From contig JBGTMQ010000020.1 in the NCBI GenBank assembly GCA_041743505.1, positions 17,099 to 81,098 on the forward strand: a stretch of DNA of 64,000 nucleotides. The letters run 5' to 3'. This document shows positions 18,963 to 28,625 of this stretch, piece by piece. A program made the translations under genes and the position numbers. The notes beneath the pieces are model-generated. The model saw only the letters and a list, made by a program, of their open reading frames with translations. It made no database searches and was not told where the DNA came from. Source of the stretch: Candidatus Saccharimonadia bacterium. Its GTDB lineage: Bacteria; Patescibacteriota; Saccharimonadia; UBA4664. How positions within the stretch are numbered: the first letter of the stretch is position 1; the number at the start of each line of letters is the position of its first letter.

Positions 18963-19092
18963 GGCGGTGGGATCGACACTATGTCGATCCCACCGCCCCA
19001 CATCGCAATTATTCTGAAAAAAAATCCGGCACCCGCCGGGTTTTTTGTTCCCACTTCTAAAAAATCAGCCCCGCCAACATGCGGCGGGGCCT
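18963..19092. terminator. Three consecutive hairpins between convergent genes
   Basis: Perfect GGCGGTGGGATCGACA/TGTCGATCCCACCGCC stem; an A-tract/T-tract hairpin at about 19017-19047; GCCCCGCC/GGCGGGGC. Confidence 0.75.
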
Positions 19093-19099
19093 GGCGGAT

Positions 19100-19618
19100 T
19101 TAACCGCCGAGTTTATGCTTGAGATCAGCGAGGCCGGTGGCATAGGCCTGCAGGCGTCGGTCGCCAAGATCATTGAGGTCGGCCGGCTCGCAACCAATGG
19201 TTACCCGGCCGTCAGACAAAAGGTACATCCGAACTCGGGACTGGTCGCGATCAATCACACAAATGCTCCAGGCCGCGAACTTCTTGGTCTTGGGCCCCTC
19301 ATCGGCAGCCTCATCACCGGAAATTCTTTCCAGCAAGGTCTTGACGACGTCTGAAGCCATCTCTTTGATCAGAGCGCTAGGGCTGTAATCGGGCTCATCG
19401 TCCACGACCACATCAATCATGGTGCCATCCGGGAAGTTGTTAGCCCTGAGTAGCAGCAACACCACCGGGATATCGTTTCGGATCTGCCGGCGCAAGGCGT
19501 TGCGGCGCTGAGTCTTCTCTGAGCCCTGGCCGCCGTTGCCGCTGGTTGCTGCTCGCGCCTCGGTGCTGAGCCGCTCGCTGACTACATCTTCTGCCAGTCC
19601 CACTGGAACCACTCCCAT
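19100..19618 (-). CDS. Hypothetical protein
   Basis: 172 aa ORF with AT-rich upstream promoter region and a downstream hairpin. Confidence 0.6.
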   Translation of the reverse strand: MGVVPVGLAEDVVSERLSTEARAATSGNGGQGSEKTQRRNALRRQIRNDIPVVLLLLRANNFPDGTMIDVVVDDEPDYSPSALIKEMASDVVKTLLERISGDEAADEGPKTKKFAAWSICVIDRDQSRVRMYLLSDGRVTIGCEPADLNDLGDRRLQAYATGLADLKHKLGG

Positions 19619-19764
19619 CTAAAGGAACACTCGGACTGTTTGTAACTTCGTACAACGTCCCCTATAGTAGCATAAAATCTAAACAAATCAAGCAATACGC
19701 ATCTCGTTACATTGACGCAGATAACAAATAGCACCTATAATCCGGAAGACTGAAGGGACAAACC

Positions 19765-20361
19765 ATGAAGCTCGATTTCGCCTGGGACAACGACGGTCAG
19801 TATCATCAATACTGCCTGCACTGCCATGCCGAGACAGTCAAATCGATCCAAGAAAACGGCCGGGCCGCCTACCACTGCGCCTCCTGTAGCCACACGCATG
19901 ACCGGTCCATTGTCATCGATCCGGCCATCAACTGGTGGATCGCTGCCGACGGTGAGTACTGGCATGAAAGCGCCGGCATATTTGTCCGTAACCCTCATGG
20001 CAAGTTTTTGTTCTTTGAACGGACGAAATTCCCGTTCGTTCTAACAATCCCGGCCGGCCATGTCAACGCCAATGAAGCCCCCGAAGCCAGTGCCGTACGC
20101 GAGCTCGCCGAAGAGGTCGGGATCCAGGCCACCGCACTAACCAAGATAGTCACAGATGATATCGTAGGCGACTCTTGCCGCCGCGGCTCCGACGCACACC
20201 GTTGGCATGCGTACCTCCTGGCCCTTGATAAGCCAGCCAATGTTCAAGTCAATGATGAAGGTGGCAACCCGGTCTGGCTGACGCTTGATGAGGTGGGAGG
20301 CAAGAATTTTTCATTTCCCACCAATTACATCATCAAGCACTATCCGGGCGCCTTTCAGTAA
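19765..20361 (+). CDS. NUDIX hydrolase with N-terminal zinc ribbon
   Basis: CxxC..CxxC, then PAGHV..NE.P..SAVRELAEEVG; TTGACG-N18-TATAAT promoter. Confidence 0.88.
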   Translation: MKLDFAWDNDGQYHQYCLHCHAETVKSIQENGRAAYHCASCSHTHDRSIVIDPAINWWIAADGEYWHESAGIFVRNPHGKFLFFERTKFPFVLTIPAGHVNANEAPEASAVRELAEEVGIQATALTKIVTDDIVGDSCRRGSDAHRWHAYLLALDKPANVQVNDEGGNPVWLTLDEVGGKNFSFPTNYIIKHYPGAFQ

Positions 20362-20436
20362 CAAGCCCTGACTCAAAAAAAGCAGGCCCGACGATCTTCG
20401 TGATCGTCGGGCCAATATACTTACACGCAATCCGCC

Positions 20437-20655
20437 TTAAGCGGGGACGAGCCGGTAGCCGTGAATTTCACAGTGCTCCATCGGATCGCCGAGCCGGAGT
20501 ACTGCCCCTTCTTCGCAGCCGAATTCCGGGCAGACGAACACGGGCGCCGAAGGATAGCTTGGCCCCGGTGGGGTACAAACCCACTGAAAGGCATGATCGA
20601 TCCGGGTGACGAGGGTTCTTGCCCCTCCCCGGGCTCGTAAGCCTAAGCTAGCCAT
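20437..20655 (-). CDS. Small Cys/His-rich hypothetical protein
   Basis: CPEFGC...HCEIHG; ends near a hairpin at about 20384-20413; co-oriented with the upstream gene. Confidence 0.5.
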   Translation of the reverse strand: MASLGLRARGGARTLVTRIDHAFQWVCTPPGPSYPSAPVFVCPEFGCEEGAVLRLGDPMEHCEIHGYRLVPA

Positions 20656-20670
20656 GTAAAACACCCGCTT

Positions 20671-20973
20671 TCAGGTCGACTGACCGGCTTGCGTCTGATC
20701 AGCGCGGCGCCAATAACCGGCGCTGCTGGTGAGCAAGCCAATAAACATCTTGCCGGGAAATTGCTCAGTAAATCTGTCACCGAGCTCCCGCAGCGGTTCA
20801 CCGGATAGATAGGTGGTACCCATAAACATAAACACCGCGCCGCACTCGCGGCACTGCGTGTCCTCGTCCGGGAACGCATTCGCCCCGCAGGCCGTGCATT
20901 CGGAATGAAACCGCCCGATGGCAATGGTGTGGTTGAATACATCGTCTGCAGCGGTCGGTCCGGCGATCGTCAT
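20671..20973 (-). CDS. Zinc-ribbon hypothetical protein
   Basis: CTACG-x10-CRECG; TTGACT-N17-TACAAT upstream. Confidence 0.65.
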   Translation of the reverse strand: MTIAGPTAADDVFNHTIAIGRFHSECTACGANAFPDEDTQCRECGAVFMFMGTTYLSGEPLRELGDRFTEQFPGKMFIGLLTSSAGYWRRADQTQAGQST

Positions 20974-21071
20974 GTCAAACTTCTCTCTAGGAGTCGTGGC
21001 GCATGTCCACAAAGCAGCCATTGAAGTAAGCTGTTACTATTGTAGCACAAAATAAACTATTAGTCAAATAT

Positions 21072-22214
21072 CTACGCTACCTGTAGTTTCCTAACCTTGC
21101 TCAGCGAGTACCCGCAAACAACTAACAATGCTGTCCCGGTCACAACCATCAGCGCCAGGAAAGACGACGTATCCAATATCAGTCCCGCCACCGGTATATA
21201 GGCCGCGGCACCGAGCCGGCTCATGAGGCTACCCAGCGACAGAATGCTCGCCCGCTGAGTCGTCTCGATCGTCTGGTTCAGGGTAATATCAACAGCCGCA
21301 TCAATATAACCGCTCAGAATCCCCCCGATCCACAGCGCCCCAATCGAGACAGCTACCAGCTGGACGATACCTATCGGAATAATACTCAGCACAAACGCCA
21401 CAAACGCCACAACAATATGGCTGCGCCAGCCACGTTGGTAGAGCTTAATACCGAGTAAAGGCGTCAGCAAACTAATCCCCATAATGACACCCCAATAAGC
21501 CAGTGGAATACCCATTTGCTCCAATAACGGGTTAAAGAACCACTTAATGCTGACAATAAAGGCCATCACGCTAGCCGAGATAATTAATAAATGCAGAATA
21601 ATCGGCTTGGAACGGATGTGATCCAAGCTGGCAAAAGCCGTCATAAAAATGTTTGCCTGGCCACTTTTCACCACCGGCGACCTCACCGTCAGCACGAAAC
21701 CCGCCGCCAGTACATAGAACACGCCCGTTAAAATAAAAGGCAGATTAATACTTATCAGCGCCAGCAAAGAGCCAAGGGCCGTGGCAGTCACGTTAACGAG
21801 CGTGCCGTAAAACTTTACCTGGAGTTGGTCAGCCTTAAAATTACCCGATACCGCGTGTAGCAAGGCGGCATCGCTGCCCGAAACAAGAGAGATACCCAGG
21901 GCTGCGAAACTCAGGCATACCAGGTAGTACCCGAAGCTGGCGCCAAGCACCATCGCAATCAATGCCACCCCGGCAATGATATATCCCGCTACCAACGAAA
22001 CCTTATGGCCAAAATGATCACCCACCACCCCGGTCGGAAACTCCAGCGCCACGACGGCCAGATAATAAATACTAATCAGCTGAAAGGTCTGAGGCAATGA
22101 CATGTTGTGGTTCTGCAAAAACAGCACCCCAATTGCAATCCAGAATGCCGCGCTAGACGCCAAACGGGCGGCCTTTACCTTGGTCGCATCAGACACAGTG
22201 GCGGCAATTTTCAT
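21072..22214 (-). CDS. MFS transporter
   Basis: EFPTGVVGDHFGHK.SL, SGSD.ALL, RASILS; about 12 TM segments. Confidence 0.88.
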   Translation of the reverse strand: MKIAATVSDATKVKAARLASSAAFWIAIGVLFLQNHNMSLPQTFQLISIYYLAVVALEFPTGVVGDHFGHKVSLVAGYIIAGVALIAMVLGASFGYYLVCLSFAALGISLVSGSDAALLHAVSGNFKADQLQVKFYGTLVNVTATALGSLLALISINLPFILTGVFYVLAAGFVLTVRSPVVKSGQANIFMTAFASLDHIRSKPIILHLLIISASVMAFIVSIKWFFNPLLEQMGIPLAYWGVIMGISLLTPLLGIKLYQRGWRSHIVVAFVAFVLSIIPIGIVQLVAVSIGALWIGGILSGYIDAAVDITLNQTIETTQRASILSLGSLMSRLGAAAYIPVAGLILDTSSFLALMVVTGTALLVVCGYSLSKVRKLQVA

Positions 22215-22411
22215 AAGTGTAAGTATACACTTAGCGTGCCTTCACGGGCACGATAACCGCAATAGGCCCCGGTCCAACCGATCGGGGCCTAGTTATTAAT
22301 AAAACACCTACCATTACAAGACAGTTACCCCAAAAAACTGCTCGATATCGGACGCCTTTTTGTGAGAACAAACCACTAGCCCATTAAGCATAAGCAATAT
22401 AATATAACAAC

Positions 22412-23347
22412 ATGAAATATAAATGGCGCTACTACGCCCTTGCCATTGTTGTCTGGTTAAGCTACGTTGCATTGACGTACAATCCAGCGCAACACGCTAT
22501 TTCGGCCGAAAAATATCATATCTCAGAGGCCGCTATGCTGCTCGTGATCGCCAGCGTTCAGCTCCCGTTCCTCGTCTGCTGGCTATTTGCAGCCACGGGC
22601 TGGCTATATTTCCGCCAATACGTGAGCAGTCTTCCCGGCAATGCCGCTGACCGCCGGGGCTACCGTCTCTTGCTGTGGGGTCTGCTGGTGCTTATTTTGG
22701 GGCTTATTGTACCCTCGCTCATCCGGGCGGTGTATGCCAACTATGCCGGTGTCGAACCGGGACCGGTGCACACCTGGGTCAGAACTTACTCCACCCTCAT
22801 TTTCCCGCTCATCGGCTTCTTTTTGGCTTCAGTCGGTTCGGCCCAGCTGCTTGAGAGTCTCAAACTAAAAGTCGAGCCCTGGTATAAGTCCATGACTGCC
22901 ATCATCCCCATGGCGGTTTTTGCCGTTTTCTACCTCAGCCTCATCTTTACCAATCCCGCCCGCCAGATCTCGTCTAATCCGGCCATCCCCGCCACTTACT
23001 ACCTGCCCGATCTGGCCATTATCTTAACCATCGTCATCCCGGTTATCGCCACCTGGGCTTTTGGATTCCGCATGGTGCTCAATCTGGAGCACTACAGCCA
23101 TTATGTCGACCCGCAGCACAAGCCCGCCCTCATCAACATCTATAATGGTGCCTTAACGATCATTGGTAGCGTCATCTTGCAGCAAGTATTAGCCTCACTC
23201 GGACCCAGCCGGCTGACCGGACTCAATTTGGGCCTGATCCTCACGCTGGTGTATATCCTCCTGCTCGTCATCGGCATTGGCTATGCCTTAATTGCTCGCG
23301 GCGCCAAACAGCTCGCTGTCGCGGGTGCGCCCAAGGTTGCGGACTAG
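22412..23347 (+). CDS. Polytopic membrane protein, in an operon with the sensor kinase
   Basis: About 8 hydrophobic segments; 3-bp gap to the kinase gene. Confidence 0.75.
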   Translation: MKYKWRYYALAIVVWLSYVALTYNPAQHAISAEKYHISEAAMLLVIASVQLPFLVCWLFAATGWLYFRQYVSSLPGNAADRRGYRLLLWGLLVLILGLIVPSLIRAVYANYAGVEPGPVHTWVRTYSTLIFPLIGFFLASVGSAQLLESLKLKVEPWYKSMTAIIPMAVFAVFYLSLIFTNPARQISSNPAIPATYYLPDLAIILTIVIPVIATWAFGFRMVLNLEHYSHYVDPQHKPALINIYNGALTIIGSVILQQVLASLGPSRLTGLNLGLILTLVYILLLVIGIGYALIARGAKQLAVAGAPKVAD

Positions 23348-23350
23348 GCC

Positions 23351-25060
23351 ATGTCCGTCATCCAAAAATTAGTTCTGTCGTTCTTGGCGCTGGCGTTAGG
23401 GCCGGTCCTCCTGATCGCCCCGTTAATCTACTTCAGCATTAGCCAAACCCTCGCCCAGCAAGCCCATCAGCGGCTGGAATCAGTCGCCATTATTCAGGCC
23501 GACTGGGCGCAAAAAGTCGTCAATCACAACCGGGACCGGCTCACCACGCTAACCCTCAAGCCTGAGCTGGCCTCAGGCCTCGACCGGCTGAGCCGTGGGC
23601 CGGCCTCCTCAGACCGCGCCCGCCTCAACGAGCTCCTGCTAGCTACGAAGAGCCAATCCGATAGCTACACCACCGTTGTCGTAGCCGACCCGAATGGCGC
23701 CGTGGTCAGCGCTACCGATCCGGCGCGGCTCGGCCAAAGCGTCGCTGCCCAGGCCGCCTTTCAGACCGGCCGGCAACGAGCTGACGTCTCCAATCACTTC
23801 TTTACTCTGCCTTCAGGCCAAGACGGGCTTTACCTGACCGCCCCGGTCAAGCACCAGGGCCGGCTCGTCGGCGTCGTGCTCATCGAGTCCAATGCTGCCG
23901 GCTTCGCTACGGCCGTCCAAAATCACGCCGGCCTCGGCACCAGCGGGGAAGTGGTACTGCTAAAACAGAACCAGTCCCCGGACTATCAGGCTAATGCCGT
24001 ACTGGCCGTCACCCGGCCCATTGAAGGAACCAACTGGCACCTGGTTGTCAAAATGGACCAATCCGAAGCGTATGCGCCGCTCGCCGGCCTACGCGACACC
24101 TTCCTCATCCTCATCTTTGTCGTCCTGGTTATCGCTGTCTTTGCCGCCCTCTTTGTGGCCCGCTCCACCATCGATCCGGTCATCACCCTCGCCCGGGCTG
24201 CTGAGCTCATGAGCAAGGGTGACCTGTCCCAGCGCGTACCCGTAACCTCGAAAGACGAGCTTGGCAGCCTCGCCACCGCCTTCAACAACATGGCCGGCGG
24301 CCTCGAGAAGATCGACCTGGCCAAGTCCGAGTTCATCACCCTCATGTCACACCAGCTCCGCACCCCGGCCACCGCCGTCAAAGGTTTCATGGCCATGGTG
24401 CTCGACGGCTATGCCGGCAAACTTACGGCCAAACAAAACAAGCTCCTCCAGGCCGCCTATCACGAAAACGAGCGCCAAATGCGCATCGTCGATGACATCC
24501 TGCTGGTCGAAGCCGCCAACACCAACCAAATGGGCCTCATAAAAGCCCCCACCAATCTCACTAGCCTCATCACTGAGGCCGTTGCCGCCCAAGACGGCAT
24601 TTTCCGCGAGCATGAGCAGAAGATCATCGTTAGCCAGCCCAAAGGCTCGATTATGCTCACGTTAGACGAAGAAAAAATCCGCATGGTCCTCGAAAATCTC
24701 ATCAACAACGCCAGCAAATACTCACCGGACCAGACCGAGATTCGCGTTACCGTCAAGCGTGAAAACCGTGGCGCCGCCATCAGCATTACCGATCAGGGCT
24801 TCGGTATCGCTCCCGCCGATATCAGTAAACTATTCCAGCGCTTCTCGCGCCTGCCTAATCCGAATACCACCCAGGCCCAAGGCAGCGGTCTCGGCCTCTA
24901 TCTCGTCAAAAAAATCATCCAACTTCACGAAGGAGACATCACTATCACCTCTGAAGTCGGTAAAGGTACCACCATCACCGTCCATTTGCCCGGACCTGGC
25001 CACAGTTTGTCTCCGGTTTCAGTCGCGCAAGCCAGTCCCGTACCGCCCGGCACCTCCTAA
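23351..25060 (+). CDS. Sensor histidine kinase (Cache-like, HAMP, HisKA, HATPase)
   Basis: DELG.LA.AFNNM; SHQLRTP; NLINNASKYS; DQGFGI; GSGLGL. Confidence 0.93.
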   Translation: MSVIQKLVLSFLALALGPVLLIAPLIYFSISQTLAQQAHQRLESVAIIQADWAQKVVNHNRDRLTTLTLKPELASGLDRLSRGPASSDRARLNELLLATKSQSDSYTTVVVADPNGAVVSATDPARLGQSVAAQAAFQTGRQRADVSNHFFTLPSGQDGLYLTAPVKHQGRLVGVVLIESNAAGFATAVQNHAGLGTSGEVVLLKQNQSPDYQANAVLAVTRPIEGTNWHLVVKMDQSEAYAPLAGLRDTFLILIFVVLVIAVFAALFVARSTIDPVITLARAAELMSKGDLSQRVPVTSKDELGSLATAFNNMAGGLEKIDLAKSEFITLMSHQLRTPATAVKGFMAMVLDGYAGKLTAKQNKLLQAAYHENERQMRIVDDILLVEAANTNQMGLIKAPTNLTSLITEAVAAQDGIFREHEQKIIVSQPKGSIMLTLDEEKIRMVLENLINNASKYSPDQTEIRVTVKRENRGAAISITDQGFGIAPADISKLFQRFSRLPNPNTTQAQGSGLGLYLVKKIIQLHEGDITITSEVGKGTTITVHLPGPGHSLSPVSVAQASPVPPGTS

Positions 25061-25143
25061 ATAGATCGGCCGGACACATGAAAACGGCGCCCAAACATCG
25101 GTGTTTGGGCGCCATATATAGTCTGCAAGGCGCACCCCCGGAC

Positions 25144-25614
25144 CTATGCACGTTTCTTTCTTCGGATCGTGCGCCGGATGGGGCCGGCCGCCGCAGCTGC
25201 TACGTCACGCCAGGCCTCAGGATTCTTAATCCTCAATGAGATTGCCGCCTGGTGAACGCCCTCACGGACACTAGCCAGTAGTTCGCTCCGTAGGGCCGCC
25301 TGGAGCACCCGGGTTAGGTAGCGCTGCTCTGTCTGGCCGTCCTTGGTGCGGTCAATACCCAGGGCGCCTCCCACCATACCGGCCAGCTGCCGGTCGGCTA
25401 TCTCCACCCGGCCATGCTGCGTCCGCCGCCGCCGTATAATCACCACCGCCAAAGCGATAACCAGGCCAACAATCCACCGCTCCGAATGAAGCGGCGAACC
25501 GGCCTGCAACATCCGCTGCCAGGTCGTCTCATCAATGCCAAAATAACCGGTCAGAGTTCGCCTGGTATCCTCTACAATGCCTTGCTCGTCATCATTCAGT
25601 CGGGACTCAGGCAT
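25144..25614 (-). CDS. Hypothetical protein with one hydrophobic segment
   Basis: GAGG SD; terminator hairpin 25086-25113. Confidence 0.65.
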   Translation of the reverse strand: MPESRLNDDEQGIVEDTRRTLTGYFGIDETTWQRMLQAGSPLHSERWIVGLVIALAVVIIRRRRTQHGRVEIADRQLAGMVGGALGIDRTKDGQTEQRYLTRVLQAALRSELLASVREGVHQAAISLRIKNPEAWRDVAAAAAGPIRRTIRRKKRA

Positions 25615-25699
25615 ATCACTTCCTCTCAGATCCCGCCGTACTCAAGCGTTTGCTGTGAGCTAGATAGATTATACAGCCGGCACCTGAAACCTTTGCCTA

Positions 25700-25822
25700 G
25701 GTACTAGAATTTTTCTAATAGTTGCCAAAACAACGCAAAATCAAGCATAATAATAGCTCCATAAAGCCATTATACAGCCATCATGTAAGTGTACCTTTCC
25801 TGACTAGAAAAATTCTAGTACC
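25700..25822 (+). repeat. 123-bp symmetric element, copy 1
   Basis: Perfect 18-bp terminal IR GGTACTAGAATTTTTCTA; palindromes 25703-25719 and 25803-25819; central TAATAGCT-N6-AGCCATTA. Confidence 0.9.
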
Positions 25823-25957
25823 CACGGGCAGGGGATGGCGTACAGACCAAGAGTCACCGCAAACACCAGAAACCCCGGCAACACTTGACATATTTCCGTT
25901 AAACGTGATATAATAGTAAGATCTGTTGATTGAAAACTCAGGTCAGAGGAGACTAGC

Positions 25958-26293
25958 ATGCTCTGCATTTGCGACCATCTTGCCAGCCTTGTCAACTACT
26001 CCGGCGCCAACTTGTCACGCCTATCCAACCAGGCCGCCGCGGCGGCCTGGTTGGATGAGTACAACGCTCTCGCCGGCGACCCGGAAATCCAAGGTGAGCC
26101 CCTCACCGTGGAAGATATGGGTGATCTTGACTGGTACGACCAGGACGGCTACCGCCTGGTGGCATACGTTCGAACCGAGTCCGGCAACCTCGTCCTCTAC
26201 CTGGACGATGACGGCCCCACTCACCGCATCATGTGCCGTCCTCTCCAGAGCACGGACCGGTGTCCGCCCGAACTCTTGCTGGCAATCATCTGA
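25958..26293 (+). CDS. Acidic hypothetical protein
   Basis: TTGACA-N18-TATAAT at 25885-25914, GAGGAG SD, two downstream hairpins. Confidence 0.75.
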   Translation: MLCICDHLASLVNYSGANLSRLSNQAAAAAWLDEYNALAGDPEIQGEPLTVEDMGDLDWYDQDGYRLVAYVRTESGNLVLYLDDDGPTHRIMCRPLQSTDRCPPELLLAII

Positions 26294-26403
26294 CCCTACA
26301 ACGATCAACAGATACTCCCGGGCTTTAGCTATTGCAGCTAGCCCGGGAGAATCTCGCAATTATCAAAACAGGCTCCATTTGGGAGTCTGTTTTTTTGTCT
26401 GCC

Positions 26404-26784
26404 CTAAATCTCGCCTGTCTTTTTAGGCAATTCCTGGACCGACCATTTATTCCCATCCGGATCGCTAAAATACACAAACCTGCCCCATGCCAAATCCTCG
26501 ATATCACTTACGTCAACCCCGCGGCTCGCCAAGTGTTCATGTGCCTTTTCGATGTCCGCCACCACCATCTGCACGCCCTCAAGCGAACCCGGCTTCATTT
26601 CCGTCAACCCGGTGCCAATATAAATCGAACAAGCCGAACCGGGCGGCGTCAGCTGCACAAAACGCAAATTTTCATTTACTTGCTGGTCGTGATCGGCCAC
26701 AAATCCCACCTTCTCTGTATAAAAAGCCTTAGCCCGGTCTACATCGCCTACCGGCACCGGTACAAGCTCAAGTTTCCAATCCAT
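26404..26784 (-). CDS. VOC/glyoxalase family protein
   Basis: VPVGDVDRAKAFY, VQLTPPGSACSI, FSDPDGNKW. Confidence 0.92.
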   Translation of the reverse strand: MDWKLELVPVPVGDVDRAKAFYTEKVGFVADHDQQVNENLRFVQLTPPGSACSIYIGTGLTEMKPGSLEGVQMVVADIEKAHEHLASRGVDVSDIEDLAWGRFVYFSDPDGNKWSVQELPKKTGEI

Positions 26785-27044
26785 AAAACATCCTCCTCAG
26801 AGTCCTTTAATGATCCTTTTATTCATTATACGTCCACTCGGCCACAATATTTTGCGGTATTTTTAATGGCCGGCCCAGACGTATAATAAAAGCAACTTCT
26901 ACTAAGCCCACCACAAGAAGCACCTATGCACAAGCTCTCCGCCGGCGTCTCAAAAACATGGTAAAAATAACTTGACATAACACTAAATATCATGATATAA
27001 AGATACCACTGCCTACCAGGTTGTACCCAACGAAATGAGTCGCC

Positions 27045-27446
27045 ATGACCCAGCCCGACCCCGGCCTCCCGCCAGACGAGCAGGTTGTCCGGCAGCCAGA
27101 TCCGCTACTTCTTCGCAAGCTCATGGACCTCCTGGACTCGGAAACCGGCTCTTACAGCATCCTCTTCCACGAAGGTGGCGTCGATGGAGCCCCGCTGCAA
27201 TTCCCGTTCATTCGAGCCGGGAATGGCCGGTCATCCCCTAAGGGAGGTGTCCGGTTCGACATCGGTGATCCACTGCCCAGGCCGGACCTCGCGTTCCTGT
27301 ATCAAGCCAGGCACTCCATGCCCCCGCTCACAGGGGCAGGCCCGCTCACCGAGGCAGATTGGTTTGGTCCCATCACCCCGCCAGACCCAGCCCCGGAAAC
27401 CGGTTTCAACCAGGCCTTATATGAACAACTCTTGCATTTTGTTTGA
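27045..27446 (+). CDS. Proline-rich hypothetical protein
   Basis: 133 aa ORF after a TTGACA promoter at about 26972. Confidence 0.5.
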   Translation: MTQPDPGLPPDEQVVRQPDPLLLRKLMDLLDSETGSYSILFHEGGVDGAPLQFPFIRAGNGRSSPKGGVRFDIGDPLPRPDLAFLYQARHSMPPLTGAGPLTEADWFGPITPPDPAPETGFNQALYEQLLHFV

Positions 27447-27498
27447 TGATGCCGGCCGCCTCATACCCCCGCTGTTCCCACCCGACGCCCAGGAAAGA

Positions 27499-27789
27499 GT
27501 GACTGTGGCCTCGTCTCCGTTTCCCACACCCGATGAGGTAGACGCCCGCTGGGCCGACCAGACCGGACCCGCGTACGACCAGTTCAAGTCTCTCGTCGAC
27601 AAGAAACTAAAGCAAGGGCCGGCTAGTCAAGGCGTTTATTCCGTGGACATCCCGCACAACGTCCCTCAGGATGTAGTGGCGCGGGTCAGAGCTGAACTGG
27701 CCCTCTCAGGCTGGGACACCACCCAAGGGTCCAGTGCCAAGAACGAGCCGTACATGGAGTTCTGGCGCAAGTCCCGCCCAATCACCTAG
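27499..27789 (+). CDS. Hypothetical protein
   Basis: AGGAAAG before a GTG start, GC3 bias, hairpin at about 27810-27833. Confidence 0.55.
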   Translation: MTVASSPFPTPDEVDARWADQTGPAYDQFKSLVDKKLKQGPASQGVYSVDIPHNVPQDVVARVRAELALSGWDTTQGSSAKNEPYMEFWRKSRPIT

Positions 27790-27910
27790 CGTACACGCTC
27801 CATCAACAGCCCCCGGCCCGCAAAGCCGGGGGCGAATTATGCGGTACACCCTAAACTCCTTCAGCAACAAAATTAGCGCATCACTCATAAGTAATGCGCT
27901 TTAGGTACTG

Positions 27911-28345
27911 CTACCACTCTCCACAGAGGCCTGCTTTCTGCAAACGTTGCTTGAGAGGGGCATAATCATTGTTTGTTGCAACGAGGTAAACCTCCTGGGT
28001 CGTGCGGCCATAGGCAGCATCGCACTTCAGCGCGCTAATGCGGTCACCGAGCCGGGCGTAGCGCGTTACTTGAAAGCTAAAACCGCCTCCACCGCGTGCC
28101 CGTTTTCTAGGCTGTTTCGCATCGACTGACTGGCTCCGCACACCGCTACCGTCCACCGTTGTAGTGACCGCATGCTTTTTATTAGTGCGGCCAATGCGGC
28201 GCCTGGGCTTTATAGCGCCCAGGCGGATCTGGGAAATCTCCGGCCATGGTTCAATGCTGCTCAAGAACCTCATCAAACCTTCGACCTGGGTTGAATGTGC
28301 ACCGACTAAGATCTTGCCCCGCCGATGCCTCATAGGGTGCGCCAT
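27911..28345 (-). CDS. DUF2103-like protein with a basic insertion
   Basis: K...AHST.VEGL, I.LG.I, C-terminal G.T.QEVYLV. Confidence 0.6.
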   Translation of the reverse strand: MAHPMRHRRGKILVGAHSTQVEGLMRFLSSIEPWPEISQIRLGAIKPRRRIGRTNKKHAVTTTVDGSGVRSQSVDAKQPRKRARGGGGFSFQVTRYARLGDRISALKCDAAYGRTTQEVYLVATNNDYAPLKQRLQKAGLCGEW

Positions 28346-28421
28346 GTCGTACCTTTCGCAGGGGACTGGAAAGTATATTAAAGCATAAGATCAAGCGTAA
28401 CGCTACATCTTGTATAATATA

Positions 28422-28514
28422 GAGCCGCTCGCGAAAGCTCCTTGGGGCGACACCTTTGGCATGTTCGCTGACAAGTATGGCATAGAATGGTTGGTCAACA
28501 TCGCCGGTCAATAA
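28422..28514 (+). pseudogene. 3' remnant of a PhnB-like VOC gene
   Basis: EPLAKAPWGDTFGMFADKYGIEWLVNIAGQ* matches the C-terminus of the protein at 9609-10031; the rest of the gene is absent. Confidence 0.75.
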
Positions 28515-28625
28515 TCCTAATATTGTACTGATAATTTAGTCCTTGCCATAAATAAAGCACCCCGCCGACCGTCAGCATCGGCAGGGTGCCGGTCGTACGG
28601 TTAGCGGGGTCAGTTGTCCAATGTG

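Noticed and set aside
12142-22290. Strong hairpins between divergent genes (12142-12172 and about 22263-22291)
   Set aside because: Probably terminators left by deleted genes or insulators; no evidence for an RNA gene.
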